Source: Yuukianura sp. NJ FZ-2021 (taxonomy: Eukaryota). From it: a stretch of 64,000 nt of DNA. Under the pieces are notes generated by a model. It was not told the origin of the DNA. It searched no databases and was given only the letters and a program-made list of their open reading frames with translations. Below are positions 1 through 11,115 of this stretch, piece by piece; the first letter of the stretch is position 1, and every line of letters starts with the position of its first letter. The stretch lies in contig CM102289.1 in assembly GCA_046563655.1 (NCBI GenBank), positions 1,240,001-1,304,000 on the forward strand, given 5' to 3'. The translations under genes and the position numbers were made by a program.

Positions 1-622
1 GAGTATACACTTTTATACTTCCATTGGTTTTTCAAAATTACTTTTCTTTTTGTCTCTTTAAGTTGGATCCAGATTTCGTTTTGAAAAATTTCAATTCTCT
101 GAAACAAAAAAAAAACTACTTTGAAACGAATTTGTAGAGAAAGCTCAGATTAAAATTCAAACCACAGTTTTTTTTTTACTTTCATTGCGCAAATACGTTT
201 TCTTATTACGTCTTACGCTGCACTAACTCCAAACTGCTGGTTTTGAATATAACCTCAAATTCTCACTCCAATTTAATCTCAATTAGCGGAAATTTATGGT
301 TCTATATTCCATTTTTTTAAACTCTAAACTGATATAACAATTTTTGCAACCCGAAGTATATAATCAATAGCGGTTACGGCAAAAAAAAAATACGAAACGC
401 AATTTTGTAAGTGTGTTTGGTGTAATTTTTTAGCCGATAATCAAATTAAAATTAAGCTACGCAAAACTAATTGGCTTTATTTCCTTTTAAATTGTTTCAG
501 TTTTTCGAAATTTTGTGTTTGTTTCCGCTAATGTTTTATTCAAATTGAATGTTTTCTACTAAACATAAACAAGTAGATCCCAATTGCCAAAATTTCAGTT
601 TATCAAATGTTTGTAGCACTTT

Positions 623-1093
623 TTAACCCGAATGTTGCCCCATCCACTGCGCAAACTCATCAAGACTGATTCTGCCGTCCTTGTCCAAGTCAGCCTCAGC
701 TACAAACTGCTCATACGAAATGTCGCAATAGTGTGGGTTGTGAATCTTGTAGAGTACCATGTACTCCTCAAACTCTGGCAACGAAATGTACCCGTCTCCA
801 TCTTTGTCATAGACTTTTGCACGATTCTTTGACATTTTTTCATCGTCATGCCAATATTTCACAGTTTCAATCATTTCTCGCATGGGGATGTAGCCTCCAA
901 AATGTTGACGCCAATAGCGCTTGTAAGCGTCAATCTGCTCAGGCGTGCGTGGAAGGCCAATCCGCTCAAAGAAATGTCCAACGTCATTGGCTAAGAAGAA
1001 ACCTTCGTCGGAGAATGTCGGAATCCCTCGGAAAACGGATTTCACGCCTTCGAGCTCCTGTTCGGTAAATGGTTTAGTGAAGTCTCGTGACAT
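623..1093 (-). CDS. Calmodulin-like EF-hand protein, array copy 1 (156 aa)
   Basis: ATG at 1093 (MSRDFTKPF). Canonical EF loops DKDGDGYISLPE and DLDKDGRISLDE. Degenerate N-lobe. Clear paralogy with 13 other copies in the window. Confidence 0.9.
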   Translation of the reverse strand: MSRDFTKPFTEQELEGVKSVFRGIPTFSDEGFFLANDVGHFFERIGLPRTPEQIDAYKRYWRQHFGGYIPMREMIETVKYWHDDEKMSKNRAKVYDKDGDGYISLPEFEEYMVLYKIHNPHYCDISYEQFVAEADLDKDGRISLDEFAQWMGQHSG

Positions 1094-2063
1094 TGTATCT
1101 AACGAATAGTCACTCACTTTTCAAATAAAGTGAAAAAACAACAGTCACAAATACAAAAAATAAACTTAAGTTGGTCTCCTTTGGGAAGACAGTTTTCAAA
1201 TTTGAAAAAAGTGAAAGCAAAAGAAAATCAAAAAAAGGCTAAAAAGCTCTAAAAAGAGACAAAATATAATAATGGTCGGAAAAATTGTTGTTTTCTTCTC
1301 AAATTCTCAAATCGTTCAAAAAATTTTCCAACTTCCAAAAAGGGAATTACTGTTAATTCAACAGTAATTTTAAAAAATTGAAACATGTTTACCTTATTCA
1401 AGTCAAATGTAGAGTTCAACTGACGCGTTTGGAGTGATTTATCAAGCATTATATAATGTCTAGATTTTTAAATTTAATCAGAAAACCTGAAATTGATCAA
1501 TAAGTTTTTTAAAATAGAGGTGGAGGATTTATTTGATGGGAAAAACCCAATTAAACTAATTGATAGATTAGGTTAGGTTAGGCCAAACCTTGATAGACTA
1601 ACTATGTTTTTAGAGAATTCTGGCAAAGAAATGTGAGACCTATTTTCTTCTTACATTTTTTTTTATATTGAATGTTGAGACACATAAAGCTAAGATTTAA
1701 TACTTACTACATGTAATATATCTCATGGAAAATTTTTGTTTAAATGCGCAGTTGATCATGAAAATTTTTATATGAGGTGATAATTTTTCGATGATTATTC
1801 TAACTTGTTTGAGACTTTTATTTACTGAAAAGGCTGACTTGTTTCGTTCATCAGGCAGGTTTTGAGCTTTTTTTAATTGGACATTAATTAAGCTATTGCC
1901 GTTGTCAAGTAATTCACTTTTTCTCAAAGAGTAGCACTTTTTGTCTTTTTTCAAAGAGTGGCATTTTTTGACTTTTTTTGTAGATGATGTTTTATTTAAC
2001 TTGAAAATGCCTATACTTTTGCTTTCTCACATCAAAACGTATAAATTTCAGTTTAATCTAAGT

Positions 2064-2546
2064 TTACATCCCATTTTGACCCGAATGTTTCCCAATCCAC
2101 TTCGCAAATTCGTCGAGACTGACCTTGCCATCCTTGTTTGTGTCAGCCTCAGCTACAAACTGCTCGTACGTAAGGTTACGATAGTGCGGATTATGAATAC
2201 CGCACATTACCAGGAATTCCTCAAACTCTGGCATAGAAATGTACCCGTCTCCATCAATGTCATAGACCTTCACACGACCTCTCGCAAGTTTCTCGTCGTC
2301 GTGCCAATATCTCAAAGATTCAATCATCTCTCGCATGGGAACGTATCCACCGAAATGCTGGCGCCAATAACGTTGGTACATAGCAATTTGCTCAGGCGTG
2401 CGCTGTAGGCCGATTCGCTCACAGAAGAGTCCAACGTCATTGACCATGAAATAACCGTCGTCGGAGAATGTCGGAACTCCTCGGAAAATGGATTTCACAC
2501 CTTCGAGCTCCTGCTCTGTGTACGGTTTTGTGAAGTCTCGTGGCAT
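2064..2546 (-). CDS. Calmodulin-like EF-hand protein, copy 2 (160 aa)
   Basis: EF loops DIDGDGYISMPE and DTNKDGKVSLDE; intact ORF. Confidence 0.9.
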   Translation of the reverse strand: MPRDFTKPYTEQELEGVKSIFRGVPTFSDDGYFMVNDVGLFCERIGLQRTPEQIAMYQRYWRQHFGGYVPMREMIESLRYWHDDEKLARGRVKVYDIDGDGYISMPEFEEFLVMCGIHNPHYRNLTYEQFVAEADTNKDGKVSLDEFAKWIGKHSGQNGM

Positions 2547-3458
2547 TGTATCTAACGATTAGTTACTTCCCACCTAGAGTGAAAAAAAACACATAAATCT
2601 AATGTTAATTAATAGTTTTGGTCGGGAAATTGACTGTTTTTTTTCAAAGTTTCCACTGGTTCAAAAGATTTTTTCAAAAAGTTGATTGGTATTACTGCAA
2701 CAATAACTTTGAGAAGCGGAAACTTGCTTTTCGAACTGTAGTGGTGACCTGTTGCTTTTGAGGTGATTTATGAATGATTTAATTATGTCCAGATGCGAAA
2801 AAGTGAAATATTTCGAAATTTGTTCGAGTTTTCCAACTTAAGTTTTTAGTTTGTAAGTCTTGAATTGATGTGCGGAGCCGCTTTCGCTACTACCTTCAAA
2901 CAAAGGTGTCGAAGCTCTTTTTAAACAAATGGTGATCAGACGAAAGTGTGTTTAAAAACCAGAATGTCCAGAATTAAAAATTACTACGCAAACGACACTT
3001 GCGTCAAAGATAAATTAACAAGCAGCTTTTAGAATTTTATGACCAGAGAAGTTGATTTTTGAATTTTTGTTCCATGGTTTTGAATTCGAAGATTCGTGGA
3101 TTCAAATTAAGTTAAGCTGTTTTGAATCCGTGTAGTAGCTTTGTCTAGCCTGATTTTGCCATCATTAAAATTCTCTTTCGCAACTAGTTTTTTTTTCACA
3201 ACTCGTTTTATCTACAGGTCGTTTTAAACCAATTATTTCTTTGATTTCATTTTTTTTTAACTGAATTTTATGTTTCAATTTTTAGTGACATTAGACGACT
3301 AAAATCCAACTCTAAAGTCGGAAATGCCCTTACCCAGTAATTTTTTAATTCGGAGGTTTTATAATGCCCAAACGTAAAATGTACATTATTAAAATGTTTT
3401 AATGTTAAATATTTAAACATAAATATTTAAGTTCGAGTTTTCCATAATTAGTGGCTTT

Positions 3459-3929
3459 TTAACCAGAGTTTCTGCCCATCCACTCTGCAAACTCGTCGAG
3501 ACTGACATTGCCGTCCTTGTCAGTGTCTGCTTCTTCCACAAACTTAGCATAGGAAATGTCACGATATTTAGGATTGTGAATGCGGTAAACATCCATGAAC
3601 TCCTCAAACTCCGACATCGAAATGGTTCCGTCGCCATCAATGTCGTAGACTTGAGCTCGAATGCGAGCCAGCTTCCCGTCGTCGTGCGTGTATCTCAGAG
3701 TTTCAATGATTACTCGCATGGGGATGAACCCACCAAAGTGTTGGCGCCAATAACGTTCGTAGGCTGCATTCTGCTCGGGAGTGCGTGCATAGCCAATGCG
3801 TTCACAAAAAAGTCCAACGTCACTCGCCAAAATGAAGCCTTCGTCGGAAAAAGTCGGCATTTTCCGGAAGATGGATTTCACTTCATCCAGTTCCTGCTCG
3901 GTATACGGTTTTGTGAAGTCACGTGGCAT
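3459..3929 (-). CDS. Calmodulin-like EF-hand protein, copy 3 (LINE fragment in 5' UTR)
   Basis: ATG at 3929 (MPRDFTKPY). EF loops DIDGDGTISMSE and DTDKDGNVSLDE. Near-identical to the copy at 20436-20915. Confidence 0.88.
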   Translation of the reverse strand: MPRDFTKPYTEQELDEVKSIFRKMPTFSDEGFILASDVGLFCERIGYARTPEQNAAYERYWRQHFGGFIPMRVIIETLRYTHDDGKLARIRAQVYDIDGDGTISMSEFEEFMDVYRIHNPKYRDISYAKFVEEADTDKDGNVSLDEFAEWMGRNSG

Positions 3930-3943
3930 TGTATCTAACAAAT

Positions 3944-4301
3944 CAATCAATCAGTTTATTTGATCTTGGCCGATGCCCTATCAATTACATTCCTGCAGCT
4001 CGTTTAAGTTTTAAGAAGAACTTAGTTAGTATAACTTAGTTAAATGGTTAAAAATTAAGATAGAAGAATTAGTGCGTAGGCATAGTTGGGTCGAAAAGGT
4101 GTGTACAAATTGCAAAGTCAATTATAATTAAAAGAAAGAATATCTTCAAGGGAAAATTAAAAAACCTTATTCCAACTTTCATCTGCTTAGCATTGGTTCG
4201 AATATTTCCAGTATTTTAGCGTTGAAGTTTTGAATTTTTCCTATGAAGGCAGCGTCCGTTGCATTTGAGATGGTCCAAAGTATTGGGCACTGGTCTGGCG
4301 G
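3944..4301 (-). mobile_element. 5'-truncated LINE 3' fragment (~358 bp) with 13-bp TSD
   Basis: Reverse complement of the LINE 3' end at ~36371-36733, including AATAAA and the (GATT)n tail. Flanked by GTATCTAACAAAT at 3931-3943 and 4302-4314. Confidence 0.92.
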
Positions 4302-5085
4302 GTATCTAACAAATGGAACACTAGCAACACCTAGAGTAAAAACAAGTAAAAAATACAAATCTAACAATAAGTTTAATTGCGGAAAGAAAATGCTTATACT
4401 AATAATATCCAAAATTTCAAAATTTTGAAAAGTTAAAAGTTTAGGTAACAAAAATTTGGATAAATTGGAACAAGACATTTTAACTTACTCTTTGTCAAAT
4501 GTAGCGTTCAATTGATACGGTTGATTTGATTTGTCGAAACTTTTATAGTAAGATGACCTTGCCTAAATGTTTACTTGGAAAACAAGAAAACCCGAAATGA
4601 ATTAGTGCTGCAAAGTAAGAAAAATTGGTACCTGTTTCTTTACAAGTTTTGAACTTAAGTCGAAGGCTGAGATTCAAAATGTATGAAGTGGTTCACCATG
4701 AAATAATTTTCATGGAAGAAATTTGCACTTGAGTCATGAAGTTTATATAAGACAAAGAGAAGATTTTAACGAGAATTTTATTTCAATTCGTTTGACATCT
4801 GTTTGCATCAAATTATTTCTGGATCATTTTCTCTACGTGCAAGTGTTTTGAGAAATTAGATTTTTCGACCAGTTCGTTCGTTGTAATTCAACTTTCGTGG
4901 TAATTGGTTTCGGAAAAATTCATTCGGGAAATTCACTCAATGAAATGGCGTGACTCCCAACCTAAGTATGTAACCCAACCTAGTGACAAAATCAAGGTTT
5001 TGGTTATTTTGAAAATTCAGGAATTCAAGAAAAGAAAAATCATCAGAAAAGTTCCTTTAAATGCAACTTCTTTTTGTTTTTGTTT

Positions 5086-5568
5086 TCAAATTCGAGCTGA
5101 AATTGAATTTTTGTTCATCCATTCTTCAAATTCGTCCAGACTGACTTTGCCGTCCTTGTTTTCGTCTGCTTCTTCTAAAAATTGTTGAGATGAAATTTGA
5201 CGAAATCGTGGATTGTATGCTCGAACGAGTACCATAAACTCTTCAAACTCTTGAGCCGAAATGTATCCGTCCCCGTCAAGGTCGTAAGCTGCTGCCCGAT
5301 TTCGACAACATTTCGCTCCATCGTGAAAATTTTCAATAGTTTCCATCATTACACTCATTGGAATGTATCCTCCGTATCGTTGTCGCCAGTACCGTTCGTA
5401 CACTAATTCTTCCTCGGCCGAAAGTCCAAGCCCAATTCGTCTACTAAATAACGCAGTGTCGCTAGCCTTCATGTAACCCTCGTCGGAAAACGTCGGAAGT
5501 CCTCGGAAAATTGATTTAAAATTTTCTAGTTCCTCCTTTGTGTAGCGTCGTATAGAATCACTGGACAT
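5086..5568 (-). CDS. Calmodulin-like EF-hand protein, copy 4 (divergent subfamily, 160 aa)
   Basis: EF loops DLDGDGYISAQE and DENKDGKVSLDE. EEELVYERYW and HDGAKC signature shared with copies 8 and 14. Confidence 0.9.
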   Translation of the reverse strand: MSSDSIRRYTKEELENFKSIFRGLPTFSDEGYMKASDTALFSRRIGLGLSAEEELVYERYWRQRYGGYIPMSVMMETIENFHDGAKCCRNRAAAYDLDGDGYISAQEFEEFMVLVRAYNPRFRQISSQQFLEEADENKDGKVSLDEFEEWMNKNSISARI

Positions 5569-6326
5569 TTTTTACGAAGAACTGAGACTGCTAAAATAAC
5601 AAAAATAAGTTTAAAGTTGAAAAAAATAGATGAACAAACAATGAGGAACTTACAAAAGTTATGCGCGAGTCAGTAAAACTGTATTGAAACTACTTTATGT
5701 TCTTCAACTTAACGTTTGTATCTCGTGATTTGGGATTTGAAGCTCTTTTGACTAATAAGCTTTAAAAAAATTTTGCAACTCTTTTTAAACAGAAGGTGAT
5801 TGGGCGTAGCTAGGTTTGGCAACCAGAATATCCAGAAATTTAATTGGTTGTTTTAATTAACATGCAAAATGCGTTTGTGTCAACTTTACTATTTAACTTT
5901 TAATTGCCAGTAAAAATATTTTCAATATTTTGTTTGAATTCCATTGGGAACTGGATTCGTGGATTTTTTTTTAAAACTTGTTTTATCTATCTTGTTGGCT
6001 TTAAAATTTTTGATGACCTAGAATTTTTTTTTTGTGTAGAGTAATTTTTTTATTTGAAACTAGCCATCGCTCCGCCGTTCCGGCGGAGCGGATAGCTAGA
6101 TTATTGCGAATGTAGCCAGATTGATGAACTAACCACTCAAATAATGATACCAGAAGCGATAGCTTAACAACAAAATCATGGTTGAGCGCACTTGGGATCT
6201 GCCCCCAAGGCCCTGCCCATGCCCAATGTTTGGTCCGTAGACCGAGGCTAGGAGTTAGTCCCTCATTTTCTCACTTTGGAGTCATTTTTGAAAGTTGTGT
6301 CTATTTATCATTGCGTTTTATGGGCT

Positions 6327-9300
6327 TTACGCAAAGATTTCTTTGTAAACACAGTTAACTGTAAACCATTTATTTACTCCAGGCACCAATTTCCCTTGAT
6401 TTTCTCGGGAAATCAATTTTACCCGTACATTTTCTTGCTTGGTGCATCTAGAGAATGCCACGTACAATTGACCGTGGCTGAACACTGGAAATGGCAGGTA
6501 AATACCTACTGAATCCAGGGACTGTCCTTGGGCTTTATTAATGCTCATAACGAAAGCCAAGGCCACTGGAAACTGGCGTCTTCGAATTTCAACTGAAAAG
6601 TCACTTTCAGAAGATATTAAGTCAATTCTAGGTAGAAGGACTTGTTGTCCTTCGTACCTTCCTTGTAGGATTTCAGCACAAATGACATTTGGCTTTAGGG
6701 ACTTAATAATAAGTCGTGTGCCGTTACATAGGCCACGTCTTTTATTCAAATTACGCAAAAGCATAATTATTGCTCCAACTTTGAGCTTTAGGTGGTGAAG
6801 TGGAAACCCAGAGGGTGTCAGGGTATTGATAAATTCGACAGGATAGTCCTCAGTCGAACCCTCTCCGTCGTCATCGACAGAATCCGTACTGAAGTAAGCG
6901 ACTTCTTGTCCTTCACTGCGGTATAATATTTGTTCATTTAGTTGATGAACATGTTCGTTCTTTGGCGTTAATATAGCTTTTTTAGCCAAAGCTTTTACAT
7001 TTTCTTCATCCAGCGAAATCTTTTCGCCAAAAATGGAGGAAATTAAATCATCTTCTTCGATACAATTCGTTGGGAGTTCAATTATGTCTTCTCCCAAATC
7101 GTATTCATTGGACAATTTTCCATCCCCGAGATCGAGGAGCCATTTATTGTATTCAATTTCTCCCGGGCCTGTACGCATATTTTCGAGAAGCTTGAGAGGT
7201 TTGAAATACCTCCAAACTTTGCTTCTTTTAAGCGAGGCTTGAACAATTTGGGCACGTTTACCGTGCTTGACAATTGGGAGTGTTTGTCTAAAATCCCCTC
7301 CAATTAGGAACAATTTATTTCCGAAGGGTTTATTTACTCCCATTATTTCTCGAAATAAGCGGTCAACGGCGTCCATGTTATAGCATGGAGTCATTGTGAC
7401 CTCGTCCCAAATAATAATAGAAGCTTCGCGTAAAAGCTTTGCTTCTTTAGACGTTGGTTTAATTTTGGACGTTGTCGTCTCATTTGTATGAATCCCAAGT
7501 CCAAATCTAGAGTGGTAAGTTGTACCAGCTTCTAGTAGTGTAGCTGCTAAACCAGTGGAGGCTACTAAGCATGTTTTTAAGCCTCTACCTTGAAAAGTTT
7601 TATCAAGAGTATTATAGAGGAAGGTTTTACCACTTCCTCCAGGGCCATCAATAAAAAAACATTTGCTGTACGTGTCAGCATTTTCTGCCAATAAAATCGC
7701 ATCATAAGCTTCCTTCTGGGCAGCATTCAACATTTCAGTCAAACGCTCTGCTTCAGAAGCAAGAGCTTGAATGTCAATACCTCCTAAGAGATCTTCCAAG
7801 TCATCTCTAGGCATGGGTAGGTTGTATTCAACGCAAGATTTGCGATGTAGATTTAGAGTTTCTTCGAGATCTCGCAAGCCCAGTTGCTCTGCCAGTTCAG
7901 GAGAATGTTCCTTCAAATAATCTTCTAGGAAATCTTCTTTGTAAGTTTCCCAGAGTGCCTTAGGATTCGTGGGTGGTCCAAAAACGCAAATCATTGCAAA
8001 TAAATCCCGTAATTGGTATGGCATTTGGTAAGTTATAGCATCCAAAATGCAGCTCTCCCACTGGGAATCATCAGAAAGAAGTTGCAAAGCAATAGCAGCT
8101 TCTTTAAATGTGTCATAGACAGTTCCATTTACCGTTCGAACATCTTTGAACGATTGTGCTCCTTTTACATGTAAAAGGAGCAGCCTTAAGTAAAACAATT
8201 CGCCTTGAGACACAGAAACAGTGTACATTCTAGAAATGGTTTTCCCAAAGGCTTTTTTCCTTGGGTTCCATTTATGCCATTTTCGGTTCCAGATATAATT
8301 CTCAGGAATTTCCGAATAGAGAAATCGGCGGGCATTTATATCAGCCCTGTTTAATTCAAAGTAGGCTTGAAGCATCGAACTGCTGAGATTCGCTTCTTCA
8401 AAAGCCCCTTCTTCATCCCCCTCTTCAAAATATACCTGTTGCATATTTTCGAGGTGAACAGGGAGTCTTTTGATTACATGGGATGTGTCATCCATTTTAT
8501 ACTTTCTGATACGCCATATTCCTTCCGGAGCGCTAATGTATCTAGAATCCACAAACTGTGCAGGTTCATCCCATGTTAAAGTATCGAGGCGTACGTTTGC
8601 ACAATCATGGCCTTTGTATATGTATTTGTACAAATATTTTACGCTTTTAATTGAAGCGCAAACTTCCACGTTAATATGACTGTTATATTTGAGTAACAAA
8701 TACGGATTGTAAGGTACAACCCATGAATTGTCAATCATTTGACTTCCAACCTTATATTGTATCCCAGTATCACGTCTTCGGTACTGAGGATAACCGTCTT
8801 GGTTGGGGTTTGTTTCGTTTACAAACGTCTTTGGGAATTTCTTAGAGCATTCTCCGTTGCTCATGCAAATAGAGGATGGATTCATTTGGCCGCAAGGTCC
8901 ATGAATCATATTCTGCAAAACTGTTGCATGAAGTCTTGGGTGTGTATCAGGATCTGGTATTTCCGCACACACCAATTTATCAATGGATTCGGGATCCTTA
9001 GGCTTGTTTTCCTCATCCAATATCAAAAGCATGTGGCAGTGAGGAAGCCCGCGTTTTTGAAACTCAATAACATAAACATATGCAATTACTTTGCCAAAAA
9101 TATTCTTTTTCAGAATATCATTCAAAAGTTCTTTCAATTTGAGTTTGAAAACTCGGGCAACTAAATCAGGGCGAAATTCAGCCCTTTGCCAAGGATCGAG
9201 ATTTTCTGTTATCTCCCGCCATTTTGGGTTGCAGGTCATTGTGATAAAGAGGTCTGGCTTTCCATATTTTCGTACAATGGTCATTGCGTCTTGGAAATTT

Positions 9301-10757
9301 TGTGCCATTGCTCTCGGGCTGCCAGTGAAGGACGACGGTAGAATTACCGCTGTCCCCGCTTTAAAGCCATTGTTTTGAGCAGTTTGGTTAATATGATCCA
9401 TTAATCCTGCGTAGCTATCGACACGCAAGGCCTTCTGATTCATACGAATATAGTTTAGCCTACTGGCTTCAATTTTAACATAACTGTCAACAATAAATTG
9501 TTGGGTTAGTTTGCCAGCATTTAAAATGGGATTAAATTCATCCCTTACCGCTAATCTGTACGCATAGTATTGTAATTGCGTAATTTTTTGCTTATCTTCT
9601 TCATCATTTTGTGGCTCTTCAATTTCGCCAATTGTGAGCCTTTGAAATTGGGTGCTCAATGCTTTACCTACGGTTAAATTGATAGTCCAACCACTATCAC
9701 CGTAGGGAAACAGCAATGGATAGGTCATTGCATCACACTTTTTATGTAAAAAGCTAATCGGCTGAGTTCTATTTTCAGTTCGGGAATGAATCCTTATGTC
9801 CCGGTTAAACGGAGGTTCGCCTAATGTATTTTGAAACACCACTGCAACTTCGTTGCATCTTGGGGCATTATACCTCCTCTGATCATCAGAATAGTCATTT
9901 ACAATAGACATTGAAATTTGATGAGGAACTCGACCTTCTTGTCGAGCTAAGTCCTCTTCTTCTAGTTCAAATTCTCGCATCATTTTATATGCGTGAGCAA
10001 AAGGATTAATTTGACGCATGAGAACGTCTAATTCATTCATTAGAGCCATGTTACAACCTTTATTGGAATTCTGGTTTGCTCGGTTAGTTAACGCCTCTCC
10101 TGCGTCAATAATATACAATTGGGCATATTCTGGCTGCTCGCCTTGACGTGGGTGCAGTGGCCCAGTCAAATGATAAATTTGTCCGTGAATACGGAAACAA
10201 TAAGGTCCATACCCAGGAGGTGGGGCAATTTGCGCTCCCATTGACGCAAAAGCTATTGCGCTATTGTAGGATCTGATATTTTCCACAAAATTCCGAGATA
10301 GTTCATTCTCATGTTTCATTAGATTAGTAATAAATTCATTTGTTCGTAGGTTAGGCAAAACAATTTTTCCTTTCTCGCAACATGAAGAAAATTGTTTATC
10401 ACTTGCCCTTTCCCCTTCAAAGTTTTTTGAATTGCAATGGGCACAACGCGCGGTCATGTTACCAATAGAATATTCTTGGACATTGCTTTCATTCAAGTGA
10501 AACCCCATTTGTCGTCCCAAATTTGAGTTAGCATCTGCACGCATTGCTGTTAGCGCCCTATGGCGCAAAGCATCGGATTCGCGGCGATGTGCGACTTCAT
10601 CGACGGATTGGTTAGCCCTTTCCAGCCTTTTAGGTTCTGCGTCATACTGGCGACGTTTAATAATAGCCTCTTCGGATTCCTGGGCACGGGCGAGTCTTTT
10701 ACGAATGGCTCCGGGAGTTTGGGAAAGCTCTCGTTTTCTTCCCGACATTATTAACAT
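6327..10757 (-). CDS. Helitron Rep/Helicase (HUH-Y2 nuclease plus PIF1-like SF1 helicase), 1476 aa
   Basis: DLFITMTCNPKW, VIEFQKRGLPHCHML (HUH), KYLYKYIYKG (Y2), Walker A GPGGSGKT, IIWDE, GGDFRQTLP, LCNGTRL, SINKAQGQS, HGQLYVAFSR. Uninterrupted ORF. Confidence 0.96.
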   Translation of the reverse strand: MLIMSGRKRELSQTPGAIRKRLARAQESEEAIIKRRQYDAEPKRLERANQSVDEVAHRRESDALRHRALTAMRADANSNLGRQMGFHLNESNVQEYSIGNMTARCAHCNSKNFEGERASDKQFSSCCEKGKIVLPNLRTNEFITNLMKHENELSRNFVENIRSYNSAIAFASMGAQIAPPPGYGPYCFRIHGQIYHLTGPLHPRQGEQPEYAQLYIIDAGEALTNRANQNSNKGCNMALMNELDVLMRQINPFAHAYKMMREFELEEEDLARQEGRVPHQISMSIVNDYSDDQRRYNAPRCNEVAVVFQNTLGEPPFNRDIRIHSRTENRTQPISFLHKKCDAMTYPLLFPYGDSGWTINLTVGKALSTQFQRLTIGEIEEPQNDEEDKQKITQLQYYAYRLAVRDEFNPILNAGKLTQQFIVDSYVKIEASRLNYIRMNQKALRVDSYAGLMDHINQTAQNNGFKAGTAVILPSSFTGSPRAMAQNFQDAMTIVRKYGKPDLFITMTCNPKWREITENLDPWQRAEFRPDLVARVFKLKLKELLNDILKKNIFGKVIAYVYVIEFQKRGLPHCHMLLILDEENKPKDPESIDKLVCAEIPDPDTHPRLHATVLQNMIHGPCGQMNPSSICMSNGECSKKFPKTFVNETNPNQDGYPQYRRRDTGIQYKVGSQMIDNSWVVPYNPYLLLKYNSHINVEVCASIKSVKYLYKYIYKGHDCANVRLDTLTWDEPAQFVDSRYISAPEGIWRIRKYKMDDTSHVIKRLPVHLENMQQVYFEEGDEEGAFEEANLSSSMLQAYFELNRADINARRFLYSEIPENYIWNRKWHKWNPRKKAFGKTISRMYTVSVSQGELFYLRLLLLHVKGAQSFKDVRTVNGTVYDTFKEAAIALQLLSDDSQWESCILDAITYQMPYQLRDLFAMICVFGPPTNPKALWETYKEDFLEDYLKEHSPELAEQLGLRDLEETLNLHRKSCVEYNLPMPRDDLEDLLGGIDIQALASEAERLTEMLNAAQKEAYDAILLAENADTYSKCFFIDGPGGSGKTFLYNTLDKTFQGRGLKTCLVASTGLAATLLEAGTTYHSRFGLGIHTNETTTSKIKPTSKEAKLLREASIIIWDEVTMTPCYNMDAVDRLFREIMGVNKPFGNKLFLIGGDFRQTLPIVKHGKRAQIVQASLKRSKVWRYFKPLKLLENMRTGPGEIEYNKWLLDLGDGKLSNEYDLGEDIIELPTNCIEEDDLISSIFGEKISLDEENVKALAKKAILTPKNEHVHQLNEQILYRSEGQEVAYFSTDSVDDDGEGSTEDYPVEFINTLTPSGFPLHHLKLKVGAIIMLLRNLNKRRGLCNGTRLIIKSLKPNVICAEILQGRYEGQQVLLPRIDLISSESDFSVEIRRRQFPVALAFVMSINKAQGQSLDSVGIYLPFPVFSHGQLYVAFSRCTKQENVRVKLISRENQGKLVPGVNKWFTVNCVYKEIFA

Positions 10758-10917
10758 GTAGTCAATAGGTTATGAAGAATAAATGAAATGTGTTTTACAA
10801 CCGCTTTTATTATCCTCTGCGAACGTTAGGTTAGGCAGTAAGTTTAGGTCAGACAACAGACGTAATTAAATGAGTCTAGTCCTCTCTCAAGCGAAATCTT
10901 TACCCTGTGTATACGCA

Positions 10918-11115
10918 GGGACTTTTTCCTATTAATTGAAATAGGACTTAACCTTCTGATTGAAGGAGATTTGCCTATTAACCACAATAGGACTTCGCCT
11001 TCCAACAAAGAAAGGACTTCGCCTTTTAATCAAAAAAGGACTTTGCCTTCTAATCAAAGAAGGACTTCGCCTTTTAATCAAAGAAGGACTTTGCCTTTTA
11101 ACCAAAAAAGGACTT
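10918..11115. repeat. ~24-bp minisatellite inside the Helitron 5' region
   Basis: AGGACTT(C/T)GCCTT unit starts at 10989, 11013, 11037, 11061, 11085 and 11109 (partial), with degenerate units upstream. Confidence 0.85.

Noticed and set aside
623..1093. Calling the EF-hand genes calmodulin, or aequorin-type photoproteins because of conserved Trp/Tyr/His
   Set aside because: EF1 and EF2 lack Ca-ligand residues and the sequence is far from calmodulin. Photoproteins are ~190 aa with a functional EF1, and I see no recognisable similarity.
632..3938. Plus-strand ORFs antisense to EF-hand genes (also 20439-20924, 37368-37907, 39850-40221)
   Set aside because: Shadow ORFs whose recurrence is explained by paralogy of the opposite-strand genes.
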